A stretch of 64,000 nucleotides of DNA from NCBI GenBank assembly GCA_030704615.1, contig CM060732.1, positions 67,766,001 to 67,830,000 on the forward strand, written 5' to 3'. This document shows positions 9,885 through 22,800 of this stretch, one piece after another. Source of the stretch: Takakia lepidozioides (Eukaryota; Plantae; Bryophyta). Position 1 is the first letter of the stretch. The number at the start of each line of letters is the position of its first letter. Made by a program: the position numbers and the translations under genes. The notes under the pieces are model-generated. The model was not told the DNA's origin. It worked only from the letters and a program-made list of their open reading frames with translations, and did not search any database.

Positions 9885-12092
9885 AGTGCAGGGGTAAAAA
9901 TTTCAAGTTTTTGTTTGGCCTTAGGTTTCGGCACTACTACAAAGGGAGTGCCCTTCGTGCTGATGAAGGGGAGGAATTGTCCATAACTTGAGGTAATTCC
10001 ATGGAAAGACTATGCTATTGATCTGCCAGGAACAAAATATGGCTAAGTTATGACATGCGCCTTTTTCATCCCTAGGATGAATGATTTTCATCCATGATGT
10101 TGAACCCTAGAAGCAGGATGTGAAATTCGAAGGGGAAGAGTGCGTGTATCTTTTCGCAGCTGCTGCAGTGGTGTTGGCAGCACAGGATATCTGAGAAAGT
10201 TCCACCTACGCAAAGGGTATCAGCTTGCTTTTAAGAGAAATGTTAAGAGCTCCTGCTTGGCTTTCTGTGCAAGAAGAGTGCGTGTATCTTTTCGCAGCTG
10301 CTGCAGTGGTGCTGGCAGCACATGATATCTGAGAAAGTTCCACCTACGCAAAGGGTATCAGCTTGCTTTTAAGAGAAATGTTAAGAGCTCCTGCTTGGCT
10401 TTCTGTGCAAGAAGAATCGGTGCCGCCTTCTTCGTAAGCAATGATCAAACCAGAGGGATCAGGTTTGTGACAAGGGCGGTGCACCACTGCTGTCGCCATT
10501 GTCTTGATGAGCACATTAATGAGGAGATGGAGCGGCTCAGCAGGTGTTGGGAGATGAGAAATGCTGCTGTCTGTTTCTGAGCTTTAGGACCGGATCACTT
10601 TGTAAAAGAATCAGCTTGCCTTAAAGAGCGACGTTAAGGGATCTGGCTTGGCATTCTGTGCAAGAGGAAGCGGTGCCGCCTTCTGGTGTGTATGGCGCTT
10701 AAGCTATCTATAATTAAGTTTTGTATCTGCTCTCTGTCTTAAAGGCTGTAGGACCAGATCACTTCATAGGGAAGGAATGCACATGTAGAAGGATAGGGTA
10801 GAGGTTGGCAGACACAAGGATGTGCCAGCAGCTGAAGCAGAGCCGTCATGCCTTAATGAGGACTGGAATCACGATAAGAAGAGACGTCGGAAATGGCTGA
10901 CGAGGGAGAGGACAAGGTGCCTTCGTGACAGGCAGACCCACCGCCTCAAAGAGTATAAGACAGATAAGTTTGAAGAGTGGCTCTCTTTTTGGTGACTTAG
11001 AAATGCTTTGTGAAGTTTTGGACGGTCTCTTGTATGTAGTAAGAGACACTGACATGTGAGGAAGAAAAAGAGCTTTGGAAAAGGAATGAAGACACTGGAC
11101 TTCAAACCAGGATGGACTGGAGATGGATGCACCTGCTGTTACATTGTATAGTAGGAAAAATGAATGGAAACAGGGTTGATTCGTTGCTGGGACAGAATGG
11201 TTGCTGCTGTTGTATTCTTGTTCCTTGTTTCAGCGTCGTGAGCTTGTACAAACAATCTGGCCTGGGATGTTGACACATTGCAGTCAATGTGGAACTAGCT
11301 TGGTAGGTAGAGGAAACCAGTGAGAGTTAGATAGAACTGTTTGGAAACCAACAAGAAGGGTTGAGAGCTGTCTTGGGCAAATGGCTGCACCTGGGAAAAG
11401 GGGAGTGTGAAGCATCTGTCATTGGCAAGAGAGGGACTGATAAAAGGGTTGATTATATCTTGTGTGACCAAGGTTGATTTCAATGCTGGGTGCACTGGAT
11501 GCTTGGCTGAATGCGCATTACATTGCATCATAGACATGCTACAGTGGAAAGAGTGAGGAACATAAGGGAGAGAGCTGACCAGCAAGAGGGGATGGAGAGG
11601 AATGGATGATTGGGGCGGTAAGATAAAGAAAGCATGAACCCATGAAGGGCCAAACTGGTGGGCCTGCAACTCATGGCAGATCTGAGTTGCCTCCTTCCAA
11701 ATCGTGATCTTATTACAAAGGGGATTCCACTTGTTGCTGACCAAGGGAGCTGCCCACAAGGGCAGTGGTCATCACTGACGTAGGGCTGGTTGCATCACTG
11801 AAGACAGCATGGTAACATGGCTGGTGCATTGTACCAGGGAGAGGATGTCGTGTAGAAGTAGAATCACGGGTGAAAACAATACAGACTCCCCATCCATGTC
11901 TTCTCTTCCGCTGCGGCGTGGATGAGGATTGTGTGAACTCTGATCATGAAGGACCTGAGGGAAACCCACACCGAGTGATGCTGGTTGGATCACCTGAGAG
12001 GAGAGCTCCTTTCCTTCCTTACAATCAACCTGGGGAGGAACACAACTAGACTTGCACAGAAGGGGATTCACGCCCTTTCTTTTCACACTACA
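9876..12092 (+). repeat. 3' LTR of element B
   Basis: TGTAGTGTG...CACACTACA with 9-bp terminal inverted repeats; matches 1072-3280. Confidence 0.95.
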
Positions 12093-15000
12093 GAACAATG
12101 AGAATGGCGATGATGCCAAGATGAGATTGTTTCCTTGTTCACTTATCAAGAAAGCAAGTGAATGGTATGCAAGATTCCCTGATAATCATTTCCTAACCTG
12201 GAATGGCTTGAATACAGCATTTCGAAATAGGTTCAGGACAAGTAAAACTGAGGATGAAGTGTATGGGAGTTTACAATAGCTGAAGCAGAAGAAGCATGAA
12301 ACTGTTGAAGAGTATATGGAGAAGATGGAATTGATGATGAAAAAACTGGCTGCAGTACCAGCACCCGGTTTACAGAAGACTTGGTTTGTGAGTGGACTAA
12401 GACCGGAGTTGCAGAAGAAAGTGGATATGTTACCCCATAATACAGTGGAGGAGGCATTTGAAACTGCTAATAGAATTGAGCAATTGGGAATGCTCAGGAG
12501 AGAGAAAAAAGATGATGAGGACTCTGAGGATGAGTCAGATGAAGAAGAAGAGCAAGAACTAAAAAGAATGAGTAAGAGAAAGGAGAAGTTGAAGAGGGAT
12601 AACTATGAAAAAAGATTGGAAGAAATCTTGAAGAAGTATGCCACAGAGGCTGCAACACATTGGAGGAAGGGTGTATGGTGTGCAAAGTGCCAGAATGAAG
12701 GCCATACCACCACAGAATGCCACCTGAAGGAGAAACACTGTACTATCTGTAAAATTGATAACCATTCTACTGAGAATTGTTACTACAACAGAAGGACAGC
12801 TGCAAGAGAACCTAGGCAAGTAAGGGTGCATCAGGTGCAGCCCCAGCCAAGAAGAAACAATGATCAGGACCACTATGGTAGGTCTGGTGGTTATAACAAT
12901 GGCATGGAAGGGAGAGGTAATTCAAGAGGGAATTACCAAGGAAATTCCAGAGGCAACTATCAGGGTAATCCAATGGGGAATTACCAGCCCGGGAATCAGG
13001 ATTATAGAAATAATCCAAGAACAGACCAAGGGCGAGGACCCAATGGTGAAGAACTATGTTACTATTGTAATCAGCCATGACATCGCAGGGCAGCCTGTTC
13101 ATTCTGGATAAGACACCAGAATGAGATGAGAGCTCCTGTGAATGAGGGCCCAATGGTGGCAGCTCACATGGTTAGGCCATGTGTTGTACTAGAAGTAAGT
13201 ACAATGATAGTAACAAGAAGTAAAGCCAAACTAATACCTCCAGTAGTAGAGGAAGAAGATGATAATGAAGGTGGCAATGATATGCCTGAAGATGAAGAGA
13301 CTTGGAAAGATGAGAAGGAACTGCACAAGGAAGTAGCAGATACTATAAGGGAAATGCAAAAAAATACTGATATTCCTGTGGCAGATTCATCTGATTCTGA
13401 TGGAGAAGAAGAAGGGAGTGAGGAAGAAAGGAAGAAAGAAGATGCAGACATGCAAAGTAATGAAGAGACTTTGGCTGAAGTAATATGCCAGACCAAAGCA
13501 AAAATTACCATTGGACAGCTATTAGCTGTGGCACCTTATTGTAGGCATAGGCTGTATCAAGCAATCAATCGAATTGCCCAGGAGACAGGAAACACAGACC
13601 TGAACAGCAAGGTGACCAGTTATAATGTGAAGCCAGAAGGGCGAGAAACAGTCATGGACTTTGATGATTCTATGCCAGTAATCCAATTGAGAATTGGAAG
13701 CACAGAACTAACTGATGTACTGATAGATGGAGGTTCTGGAGTAAATATCATGACAGACCAATTAAGGAAGAAGCTTGGTCTAAGTAACATGAAACCAGCC
13801 CCATTTACAGTAACAATGGCAGATCAAAGAAGTGTACAGCCATTGGGATTCATAAGAGGAGTTAAGATACAGATACAGAAGATGATCTTTATGATCACAG
13901 TAACTGTGTTGAAAATGGATGAAGTCATGGAGGCTTACTCCTTATTATTGGGACGGCCTTGGCTGAAACAGGCCAGGGTATTCCATGACTGGAATTCTCA
14001 GTTACTAACCGTGCATAATGGGATACACGAGATACAAATTACCACAAAGAAATCTAGTAGATTACCTGCTACAAGAAGACCTCGAGGAGTCAGAGAGTAT
14101 GACTGGAAAGGACGACTGGATGAGGAGCAGGAAGCTACCCTATTTGCTGCACACCCAGAGTGGGAGCAGGTTGCAGAGATGCGGCTGGAAAGCCTAAGTT
14201 GTTTGAGAGGTATCTGTTGTGGTGTAGTGACAACAACACCAACTGAAGAGGAAACCAACATTTACCCATCACATTTCTATGAAGAAAGAGAAGAAGAAAT
14301 AGAAATCCTAGAAGAACCAGCCACTGTGAGCTTACAGGATGAAGTGGTGACTGGTTGGACAATCACAGCTGATGAGCAGGTGAGGGAAGTAGATGTGGGA
14401 ACTAAAGAGGAACCGAGGATGGTGAAAGTAGGAGCTGATTTGGAGCCGGAATTCTTCGAAGAACCTAAAAGCTTGTTCATCAAATGCAGAGATGTATTTG
14501 CTTGGAGCTATGAGGATCTAAAGGGGATACCACCTGAAGTCTGTCAGCATAAGATTGAACTGGAACCAGGGTCAGTACCAATCAAGCAGGCGAGGTATAG
14601 AATGAATCCCAACTACGCACAGAAGGTTGGAGAAGAGATAAAGAAGTTGGCTGAGGCTAAGTTTATATACCCAATAGAGTATACAACTTGGTTGTCACCC
14701 ATTGTTATAGTTCCCAAGAAGAATGACAAACTAAGAGTATGTGTGAACTATAAGAAGCTGAATGCTTGTACGAAGAAAGATCCTTTCCCTTTGTCATTCA
14801 CAGAAGCAATATTAGACATTGTGGCAGGCCATGAGATGTACTCATTCATGGATGGCTTCAGTGGTTATAATCAAGTGCAAGTGGCAGAAGAAGACCAAGG
14901 GAAAACAGCGTTCATCACAGACTGGGGGGCTTATGCATACAAAGTCATGCCCTTTGGACTTTGTAATGCACCAGCGACCTTTCAGAGAGTGATAAGTGAA

Positions 15001-17524
15001 TCTTTTCATGAGTATCTGGATGATTTCATGCAGGTATTCTTGGATGATTTCAGTGTGTACAGCTCTAAGAATGAACACTTGCATAAATTGGAGTTATGTT
15101 TGGCCAGATGCAGGAGGAGAGGTCTGGGACTGAATCCAGATAAATGTACTTTCTGTGTGAACTCAGAGGTGCTTTTGGGACACATTGTGTGTAAGAAGGG
15201 ACTCCTTGTGGATCCCAGAAAGACAGAGTCCATTAAAGCCTCTCCACCACCAGTGAATGTTAAAGTCTAAGGAGATTCCTTGGGCAAACCAGTTATTACA
15301 GAAGATTTGTCAAAAGGTATGCACAAATAGCAGCACCATTGAGCAAACTACTGAAGAAAGATGCAGTGTTTGCCTGGACAGCTGAATGTCAACAGGCGTT
15401 TGAGGAACTTACACTGTCAGTAACAACTACACCTGTGCTGATTAACCCTCACTGGCATGTAGTATTTCATGTTCACTGCGATGCATCAGGAGAAGCGTTG
15501 GGAGCGGTGTTAGCCCAGAATGTTACAGGAAATATAGATTCACCTGTGTACTATGCTAGCCGGTTGATGAACAGTGCTGAAAGGAACTATAGCACAACGG
15601 AAAGAGAAGCATTGGCAATGATCTATGCAGTGAAGAAATTCAGGCATTACCTGTTGGGCAAGAAGTTTATATTCTATGTGGATCACCAGGCTCTGATATA
15701 CCTGGTAAACAAACCTCTGATAAGCGGAAGAATAGCAAGATGGTTGATAATCTTGCACGAGTTTGAGTTCGAGGTTGTTTACAAGCCTGGGAGACTGCAT
15801 CTTGTGGCGGATCATTTGTCACGGTTATCAACAGGAGAACCAGCCACAGGAATAGATGATCAATTACCAGATGCAAGTCTCTTTGCAGTGGAGGTGCAGG
15901 GAAGTGCAGATGACTGGTTAGATTGGCAGTGGCCAATCAGATACTACCTTGCTCATGGTCAGTGCCCACCTAGTTATGGTAAGGAGCAGAGGAAGAGAAT
16001 CGCTATCAAAGCTTTACCTTATACTATGGTAGGAAGCAGAATGTATAAGCTAGGACCAGATGGAGTACTAAAACGATGCTTGTACCACCATGAAGTAAAT
16101 AAAGTTTTGGAGGAAGTTCATAAAGGAGTGGCTGGAGGTCATTTTGGAGAAGAGACTACCAGTAGGAGATATTACTCGCAGGTTACTGGTGGCCTACTTT
16201 GTTCAAAGATGTACACGAGTATTGTCAGAGTTGTGATGAATGTCAGAGGCTAGGACCTTTGCAGAGATCTGGAAGGATGGCCTTGCATCCTACAATGCCT
16301 ACGGAACCATTTCAGAAATGGGGACTAGACTTTGTTGGACCGATAAACCCACCAGCCAAGAATACACGGAACAGGTACATAATTACAGCCACTGATTATA
16401 CTACGAAGTGGGTGGAAGCTAAAGCTTTGAGGGACAACACAGCCAAGTCCACAGCAAGGTTCCGGTACGAGAACATACTTACACGATTTGGCTGTCCCTT
16501 AGAATTTATCAGTGATCAGGGAAGTCACTTCATGAATGAGACCATTGAGTTGTTGACTAAAGAGTTCATGATTGTACATAGAAAGAGTACAACATATTAC
16601 CCACAGGGTAATGGGCAGGCGGAGGCTACCAACAAAATACTATGTACTATCTTGGCTAAGATAGTCAATGCAAACAGAACTGATTGGGATACAAAGCTGC
16701 TGACAGCTTTGTGGGCATACAGGACTTCCTATAAAGTCACCACTAAGTATACACCATTCCAATTAGTTTATAGTATGGAAGCCTTACTTCCAGTGGAATT
16801 CCTGTTACCTACCATGAGAACGGAGTGGGGAAAAAGAATGGAATTGCAAGATTCCATTAAGGTCAGGAAACATGAATTATACCATGTGGAAGAAGTACGT
16901 GCTGATGCAGCTGATAATATGACCAGAATTCAGATGAAGAGGAAGGAACAGTTTGATGAAGGCAAGTTAAAAACCTTTAAGACGGGAGATTTGGTTCTAT
17001 GGTTGCAGAAAAAGGGAAAGATTAAAACTTCTAAGCTTAAATCACCATGGAAAGGACCTTATGTCATACAAAAGATGTATGATAACAACACCGCCATGTT
17101 ACAAACCATTAATAAAGAAATGCTGGGAAGAGTCAATGCCAATAAGTTGAAGGGGTACAGTGGTATCCATGACAAACCATTGCAGCATGATTTGTATGTT
17201 GAAACGCAAGAGCAGTCACGGGCTGCACCGGGGTTACAAACGGAGTATGGAGCACTTGTCGCTAGGCCAAGCACATATGATCAGGGCAGCCAAAACAAGC
17301 GTGACACAGCCTATCACAGCCCATCAAGGCAAACCACAACCTATCACAGCTCATCACGACGTGACACAGCCTATTACAGCCAATCAAGGCAAAGCACAGC
17401 CTATCACAGCCCATCACGACGTGACACAGCCTATCACAGCCCAGCACGGCGCGACACAGCCTATCACAACCTACCACAGCGTGTCACAGCCTATCACAGC
17501 TTACCACAGTGCGACACAGCCTAA
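12093..17524 (+). pseudogene. gag-pol: Family A copy 1 gag-pol (gag remainder, PR, RT, RH, INT) with stops and frameshifts
   Basis: ORF pieces 12052-12279, 12316-13080, 13126-15270, 15339-16253 and 16199-17524 carry consecutive domains; premature stops at 12277 and 13078. Confidence 0.92.
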
Positions 17525-17635
17525 CACAACCTACCACAGCGTGTCACAGCCTATCACAGCTTACCACAGTGCATCACAGCCTATCACAGTGTACCCCAGT
17601 ATGACACAGCCTGTCACAGCTCAACACAGCCTACT
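17300..17635 (+). repeat. Tandem repeats of about 30-33 bp with core CACAGCCTATCACAGC
   Basis: About 10 degenerate units, translated as RDTAYHS repeats at the end of the integrase ORF. Confidence 0.85.
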
Positions 17636-17659
17636 AGGGTTACACGATCCATAGAATCA

Positions 17660-18610
17660 GTGACAGGTGGACGCATAATAACTTCAGCAAAATGGCTGAC
17701 GGAAGAAAAAACGGAAACTAGTTTAAAAATAGACACGTGGAGGTCAGGGCGCGACACACAGCTGAGAATGAAGTGCAAGACCAGGTGTCATAAAGAAAGA
17801 GGACAAGAACGGCCGTCAAAAGGGATGAAAGGCGGGCCCATTAATGAATACGGAAAAAGGGAAACGGAACGAACGGCAAGTACAGAAAAGCAAAATTCTT
17901 GTCACATGTGTGATCCTAGTGGACTATCCAGCAGAGAAAGTCCACTAAAGAAAATAAAATCTAAAATCCAGTCACAGCGGATACAGCCAATAGAAAACCA
18001 GAGAAAGGATCAAGAAAATGGAGGGAAATTGAGCGCAAGAGGCGGCGTCGTTCTAAGTAACGGGCGTCTCGACGGGACAGACCATCAATGCTATAGCTTG
18101 GAAACTATGGAGGAACTAACAGATTATATGCTCGCAATATTACTTACGCAGCATAGACACGAAAGAACAGAGCGGAGCTTTTCTCTTGAGCGATGCTTGC
18201 AAGCCCCGCAAGCTTACAAGAAATTACCCATAGCTTTCTGTGGCAACCATACGTTTATGCTTTGTGCACTACAGGCATTTCTGCAGTTGTTACAGCCAAA
18301 ACAGTTCTGTGAGTCTAAAATGAAGAGAATGAGAGGCGATGAGGATTCTGATACAACTGTTTCTTCACCGAATTCTTTTGACATGGGAGAAGACTATGCA
18401 GTTCAGATGGCAGAGAAGAAGCGACGGGGGTCTCCTATGCCGGAAAGGTTACCTCGATATCAGCCTCCAGAGGGCCTCACTTATCCAGGTAGTGATCAAC
18501 CATCTCCGTCAACCAGAGACAGACCTCGGGCTCGTACACACAGTCCGCCACGAAACTCTCAACGTCAAAAAGGTGCTCACTCACAAAGGTTTGCTAATCG
18601 AAATCAGTAA
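17660..18610 (+). CDS. Putative extra 3' ORF of family A, unknown function
   Basis: 316-codon sense ORF between integrase and PPT; no recognised motif. Confidence 0.3.
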   Translation: MTGGRIITSAKWLTEEKTETSLKIDTWRSGRDTQLRMKCKTRCHKERGQERPSKGMKGGPINEYGKRETERTASTEKQNSCHMCDPSGLSSRESPLKKIKSKIQSQRIQPIENQRKDQENGGKLSARGGVVLSNGRLDGTDHQCYSLETMEELTDYMLAILLTQHRHERTERSFSLERCLQAPQAYKKLPIAFCGNHTFMLCALQAFLQLLQPKQFCESKMKRMRGDEDSDTTVSSPNSFDMGEDYAVQMAEKKRRGSPMPERLPRYQPPEGLTYPGSDQPSPSTRDRPRARTHSPPRNSQRQKGAHSQRFANRNQ

Positions 18611-18648
18611 ACCGTGAGGACACGGCTTTTTGAGGGGGGAAGGGGTAA

Positions 18649-19740
18649 CGTTAGAGGACTGTTGGGGACTTAGACACTTATACTGGATCTGTAGGGTACC
18701 CTTAATTTTTGCACAAACTGAGACCAACAGGAGCCTTAGGAGTGACAGCAGCGCACTGTAAAGGGGGGTTACACAGCCCGTCACAGTCGTCACAGCCGAC
18801 ACAGCCAACACAGCCCGTCACAGTTGTCAGAGCAGACACAGCCGACACAGCCACACAGCCAGTCACAGCCCGACACAGCCAAACATAGTCGCACAGCCAG
18901 TCACAGCCCGTCACAGTTTCACACAGCCAGTCACAGCTTGACACAGCTGTCACGATCATAGGGAACGGAGAGCAGGACATGGAACGACTGTGGGGAACAA
19001 CACCTGCGAAGGGAACATGTTAGTTCACAGACGACGGTTAGTGAGGGAAACGGTTAGAACCACGGGTAGGAAGATAAAGGGAGAAGGGGGGAATTTTGGG
19101 GATGATTCGGAGGAGGACTTCTTGGTCATGGAGGAGAGGGGATCGGGCAGAGATGAAGAACGGAAGTGCAGATAGAGAGATGATGAGTAGATGCTTGATA
19201 TATGCAAGGCTGTATGATATTGTAGAGCAGATTAGAGACACAATGGCTTCGGCCTGATACCTGATAAATCATAATCGGATACTTTTACGATACAATCACA
19301 CTGTGTAGAGAGATCTGAGTGAAGCTGTGGAATGAATGGATGAGTTGATGGAATCCAATAGATTGATAAAGCAAACTGATACTTAATTATCAATGGTAAG
19401 ATAGCTAACATGAATACCAAAAGGGAAACAAATAGGAAACACCCCCATGATACACTAGCTGTAGGTCATGACTGATTGTTCTGCGCGGGCTGAGTACTTA
19501 GAGATATCCAACTCTTCTATCTTGGAGTTTCCGCCTCGAATAGCGAAGGGATGGGTGCGTAAAAGCCGTGCGACATTTGGCGACCATACTGGGGAACTAA
19601 GTAATGAACAACCAGATATGACAGGCATCTGGTGGGATCATGGTGGTTGGACCATTAAAGAATTTGAAGTGAATCAAATTCCCTGCGGAACGAAGGAGGA
19701 AAGATTGTCTAAACAATTCTTTCAAAGGTTCTTGGAATTA
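18649..19740 (+). repeat. Family A LTR start plus 5' leader/ORF0 segment; LTR right boundary unresolved
   Basis: Begins 3 nt after the PPT (CGTTAGAGG); colinear with 44320 to about 43165 on the minus strand (TGTTAAAGG...); CACAGC-rich repeats at 18770-18950. Confidence 0.65.
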
Positions 19741-19851
19741 CACAGCTCTCACGAAACTCTCAACGTCAAAAAGGTGCTCACTCACAAAGGTTTGCTAATC
19801 GAAATCAGTAAACCGTGAGGACACGGCTTTTTGAGGGGGGAAGGGGTAATG

Positions 19852-22800
19852 TGTCGCGGCCCTTTGCCTTGAGGGCGGGGGGTCGGGACACATCAGGGGC
19901 TGCCCCTGTGGTGGGGGCAGCGGCAGCGATAGGTATGGGGGGGCTGAGGCACCCTTGAGTGCCCAAGGCACTCAGGGAAGCGGAGGCGCTCACTAGGTGG
20001 AGCCCCGCACACCGGGTTGCGGTGGGGGTGGCTCCACAAGCGGTGGGGTTGGCTCCACAAGGGGTGGTGGTAGCTTAGTGGGACTTAGTGGGGGTGGCAT
20101 AGGACTCACCATGGGGGCGGAGACCTCGTGGTGGGAGTCGTGGGGAGTCTTGGGACTCATCACGGTCCATAGGGGCCGTGGTGAGCGGGCCAAGACTCAC
20201 CGCGACTCACCACCGGGAGTCGAGGGTTTTCGTGGTGGTTCGCCATAAAATGGCATGGCTGGTTGTGGAACCCCCGCGGACAGCTACAGAAGTATATATA
20301 GGGAGTAGTAACCCCGAGAACGGTGCAAGCCCGTTGGTGACCAAAAACTAGTGAGTAAGCGAGCGAGCCGGAAAGCGACAAAGAGTGGGGAGCTGTTCCG
20401 GACTGCCATCTACCAAAGGAATTTCTCCTAGTCACAAAGAGGTGGAGGGTTTTAGAAGGAAGCGAAGGGGGGACCGTTATGTCCCGGTGAGCAGCCGAAG
20501 CTCCAAGTTGGCCCGGGCGGCCAGGTTGGGAGTCAGGCGCGCGCATCAAAGCGAGTAACTATGACTTGAAGGGGGAGCTTACCGGAGTGAGGTGCGCGAC
20601 ACTTGGTATCAGAGCTTAGAGTTCAGTACGCGATCGTCCTTGGGATTGGCCTCATCATGGGGTCGGGCAAGCCGAAGCGAAAGCGGAACGGCCCAAAGAT
20701 GATGATCCCGGTGAGCCCGATGGGGGCGACGTGTCACCGAGGCGGCCGTTTGAGGAAGCGATGAATGTTTCCGAAAACGAGGCCGCTCAGGAGCGGGAGG
20801 AATCCGAGGAGTCGGAGCCCGAGGAATCCTTGAGAGCTCCGACAAACCAAGAGATGCCTCCCATGCCGGCAGCCTTTTGGGAAGGGTTGTTGGCGCAGTT
20901 TGGCGGGACGTTGAAAGACGTGTTGAAGGCGGCTAATGCCACTTCCACTAAGGCAAAGTTTAAGGTGAAGCCTAAGGAACCCGGCACCTTCGAGGGCGTT
21001 CGAAACCGGAAGGCACTCAACACCTGGCTCCTGGAGCTAGAGCAGTACTTCCGGGCGGCCAAGTTGAGTGACGAGGATCGGGTGGAAGTGGCTCCCACCT
21101 ATTTGAGGGGCTATGCTCAACAATGGTGGCAGAAACGCCTTCACGACCGAGGCCCAAGCCCGGAAACCTTGAACTGGAGTGGGTTCAAGGAATTGATGAA
21201 GAGACAGTTTGTGCCCCTCAACGCGTCCTGGCTTGCCCGGGACAAGATGAGGAATTTGAAGCAAACAGATGACATTCGGGGGTACGTCCAGGCTTTCAAT
21301 GTGCTGTTGCTGAAGTCGCGGACATGGCAGAACCAGAAATGGTCTTCAACTTTGTGGCGGACTGGCCCCATGGGCCAGGCGGAAGTTGGAGGAGAAGCCA
21401 CCCAAGACTTTGAACGAGGCAATTGAGAGGGCTGAATGTTTCTCGGATGTCCCTAGGGGTGAAAGACAAGGCCGTACGGAGCTGAACCACAAGAAGACCC
21501 GCGGGAAGGTGACTCCTTCCGACCGGAAAAGAAGTGGGATAGGCCACGCGGCGATAATGGCATGTGGAAATCGAAGGGAGGGCCTTCGTACGTCAAGGCG
21601 GCACCCGGTGCTCGAAAGGAAAAGCGGGTGGAGCGGCTTATGGCGGACAGAAGGCGACCTTTGATGGAGTGTGTTTCAATTGCGGGGGAGCCCGGGCACA
21701 TGGCCAGAAGTGCACGAAGCCCCGCAATTGAACATGACTCGGGCGACCACGGAGCTGTCAGAAGATACCATCAGTCGCTTGGTGGAAGCGGTAGTCGCCA
21801 GGACTTGCAAGGTAGGCAACTATTCTTGTGAGTTGTATCAGGAAACTGGCGCCCTGCGAAAAGGGAGTCAATTATTGTTCGTGGATGGGATAATATCCGG
21901 AACTAACGTGTCGTTGTTGGTGGACACAGGAGCGTCGCACTCCTTCATGACGCCGGTGGCGGCGCGAAAGTTGGGACTCCCGACAAGTGACGTGGGGGCC
22001 TCTATTGAGGTGCGCTCTGCCAAAGGAGAACCTCAGTTGGCGACAAGGTTGGCGTTTGATGTTCCTCTTCAACTGGGGAGTTGGGAGGGACGTGAGAACT
22101 TCACTATCTGCGAGATCGATGGAGTGGATCTCATTTTAGGGATGACCTTTTTGAGCAAATCCGGAGCGGTCATAGATGGCGCAAGAGAGTAGTCACGCTG
22201 CCATGTGGGAATGGTGGCGAGGTTTTACGAGTGTCGGAACGCCCAATCCGTGGGAGGGCGAATACAACCTTCTATCAGCAAAGGAGTGGGCCGTGGAGGA
22301 GGCACACGCGTCCAGTTTTTGCTTTACATTAGAGAAGTGAAAGGAGAAGGCGATGGGGAGCCGAGCCCAGATTGGATCAAGGGATTTGGAGAAATACCAG
22401 GATGTGATGCCGAGGATTTACCAAGCGGCTTGCCACCGCTAAGAGGAGTTGACCACAGATTGAGGTGATACCGGGATCGTGACCGCCTGCCAAGGCGCCC
22501 TACGGTTGGCCACAGAGAGTTGGTCGAGCTGAAGACTCAGCTCAAGGATCTAATGTCAAAGGGGTACATCCGGCCGAGTAAGTCACCTTACGGAGCCCCG
22601 GTGCTATTTGCAGAAAAGAGGATGGGACGCTGCGGATGTGTGTCGATTACAGGGCTCTGAATAAGGTGACTATCAAAAACCGGTACCCTTTGCCAAGGAT
22701 CGACGACCTCTTCGATCGGTTGGCAGGAGCAAAGTATTTCAGCCGGATCGACTTGCGCTCCGGCTATCACCAAATTCGGGTGGCAGAAGGAGATGAGGAG

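Larger units (their letters stand above)
1072..12092 (+). mobile_element. Full-length Ty3/gypsy element family B with split/permuted LTR; recent insertion
   Basis: Starts TGTAGTGTG (1072), ends CACACTACA (12092); 4-bp TSD GAAC (1068-1071 and 12093-12096); about 2.2-kb direct repeats with about 5 visible differences; PBS, gag, PR, RT, RH, INT and PPT present. Confidence 0.95.
1..19851 (+). mobile_element. Ty3/gypsy LTR retrotransposon family A, copy 1 (non-chromovirus, Athila/Phygy/Selgy-like); 5' end outside the window, interrupted by element B
   Basis: Gag resumes across the B insertion (HMCIVN|NENGDDAKMRLF). Zinc knuckles, protease (VLIDGGSG), RT (FAWSYEDL, VFLDD), RNase H (HCDASG) and integrase (WGLDFVGP, ISDQGSH, GQAEATN, GPY) occur in gypsy order. 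PPT GAGGGGGGAAGGGG at 18632-18645. Colinear with the minus-strand copy at 36577-44320. Confidence 0.9.

Noticed and set aside
18665-18673. GGGACTTAG shared between the family A LTR and the MULE arrays
   Set aside because: A single 9-bp match; compatible with chance.
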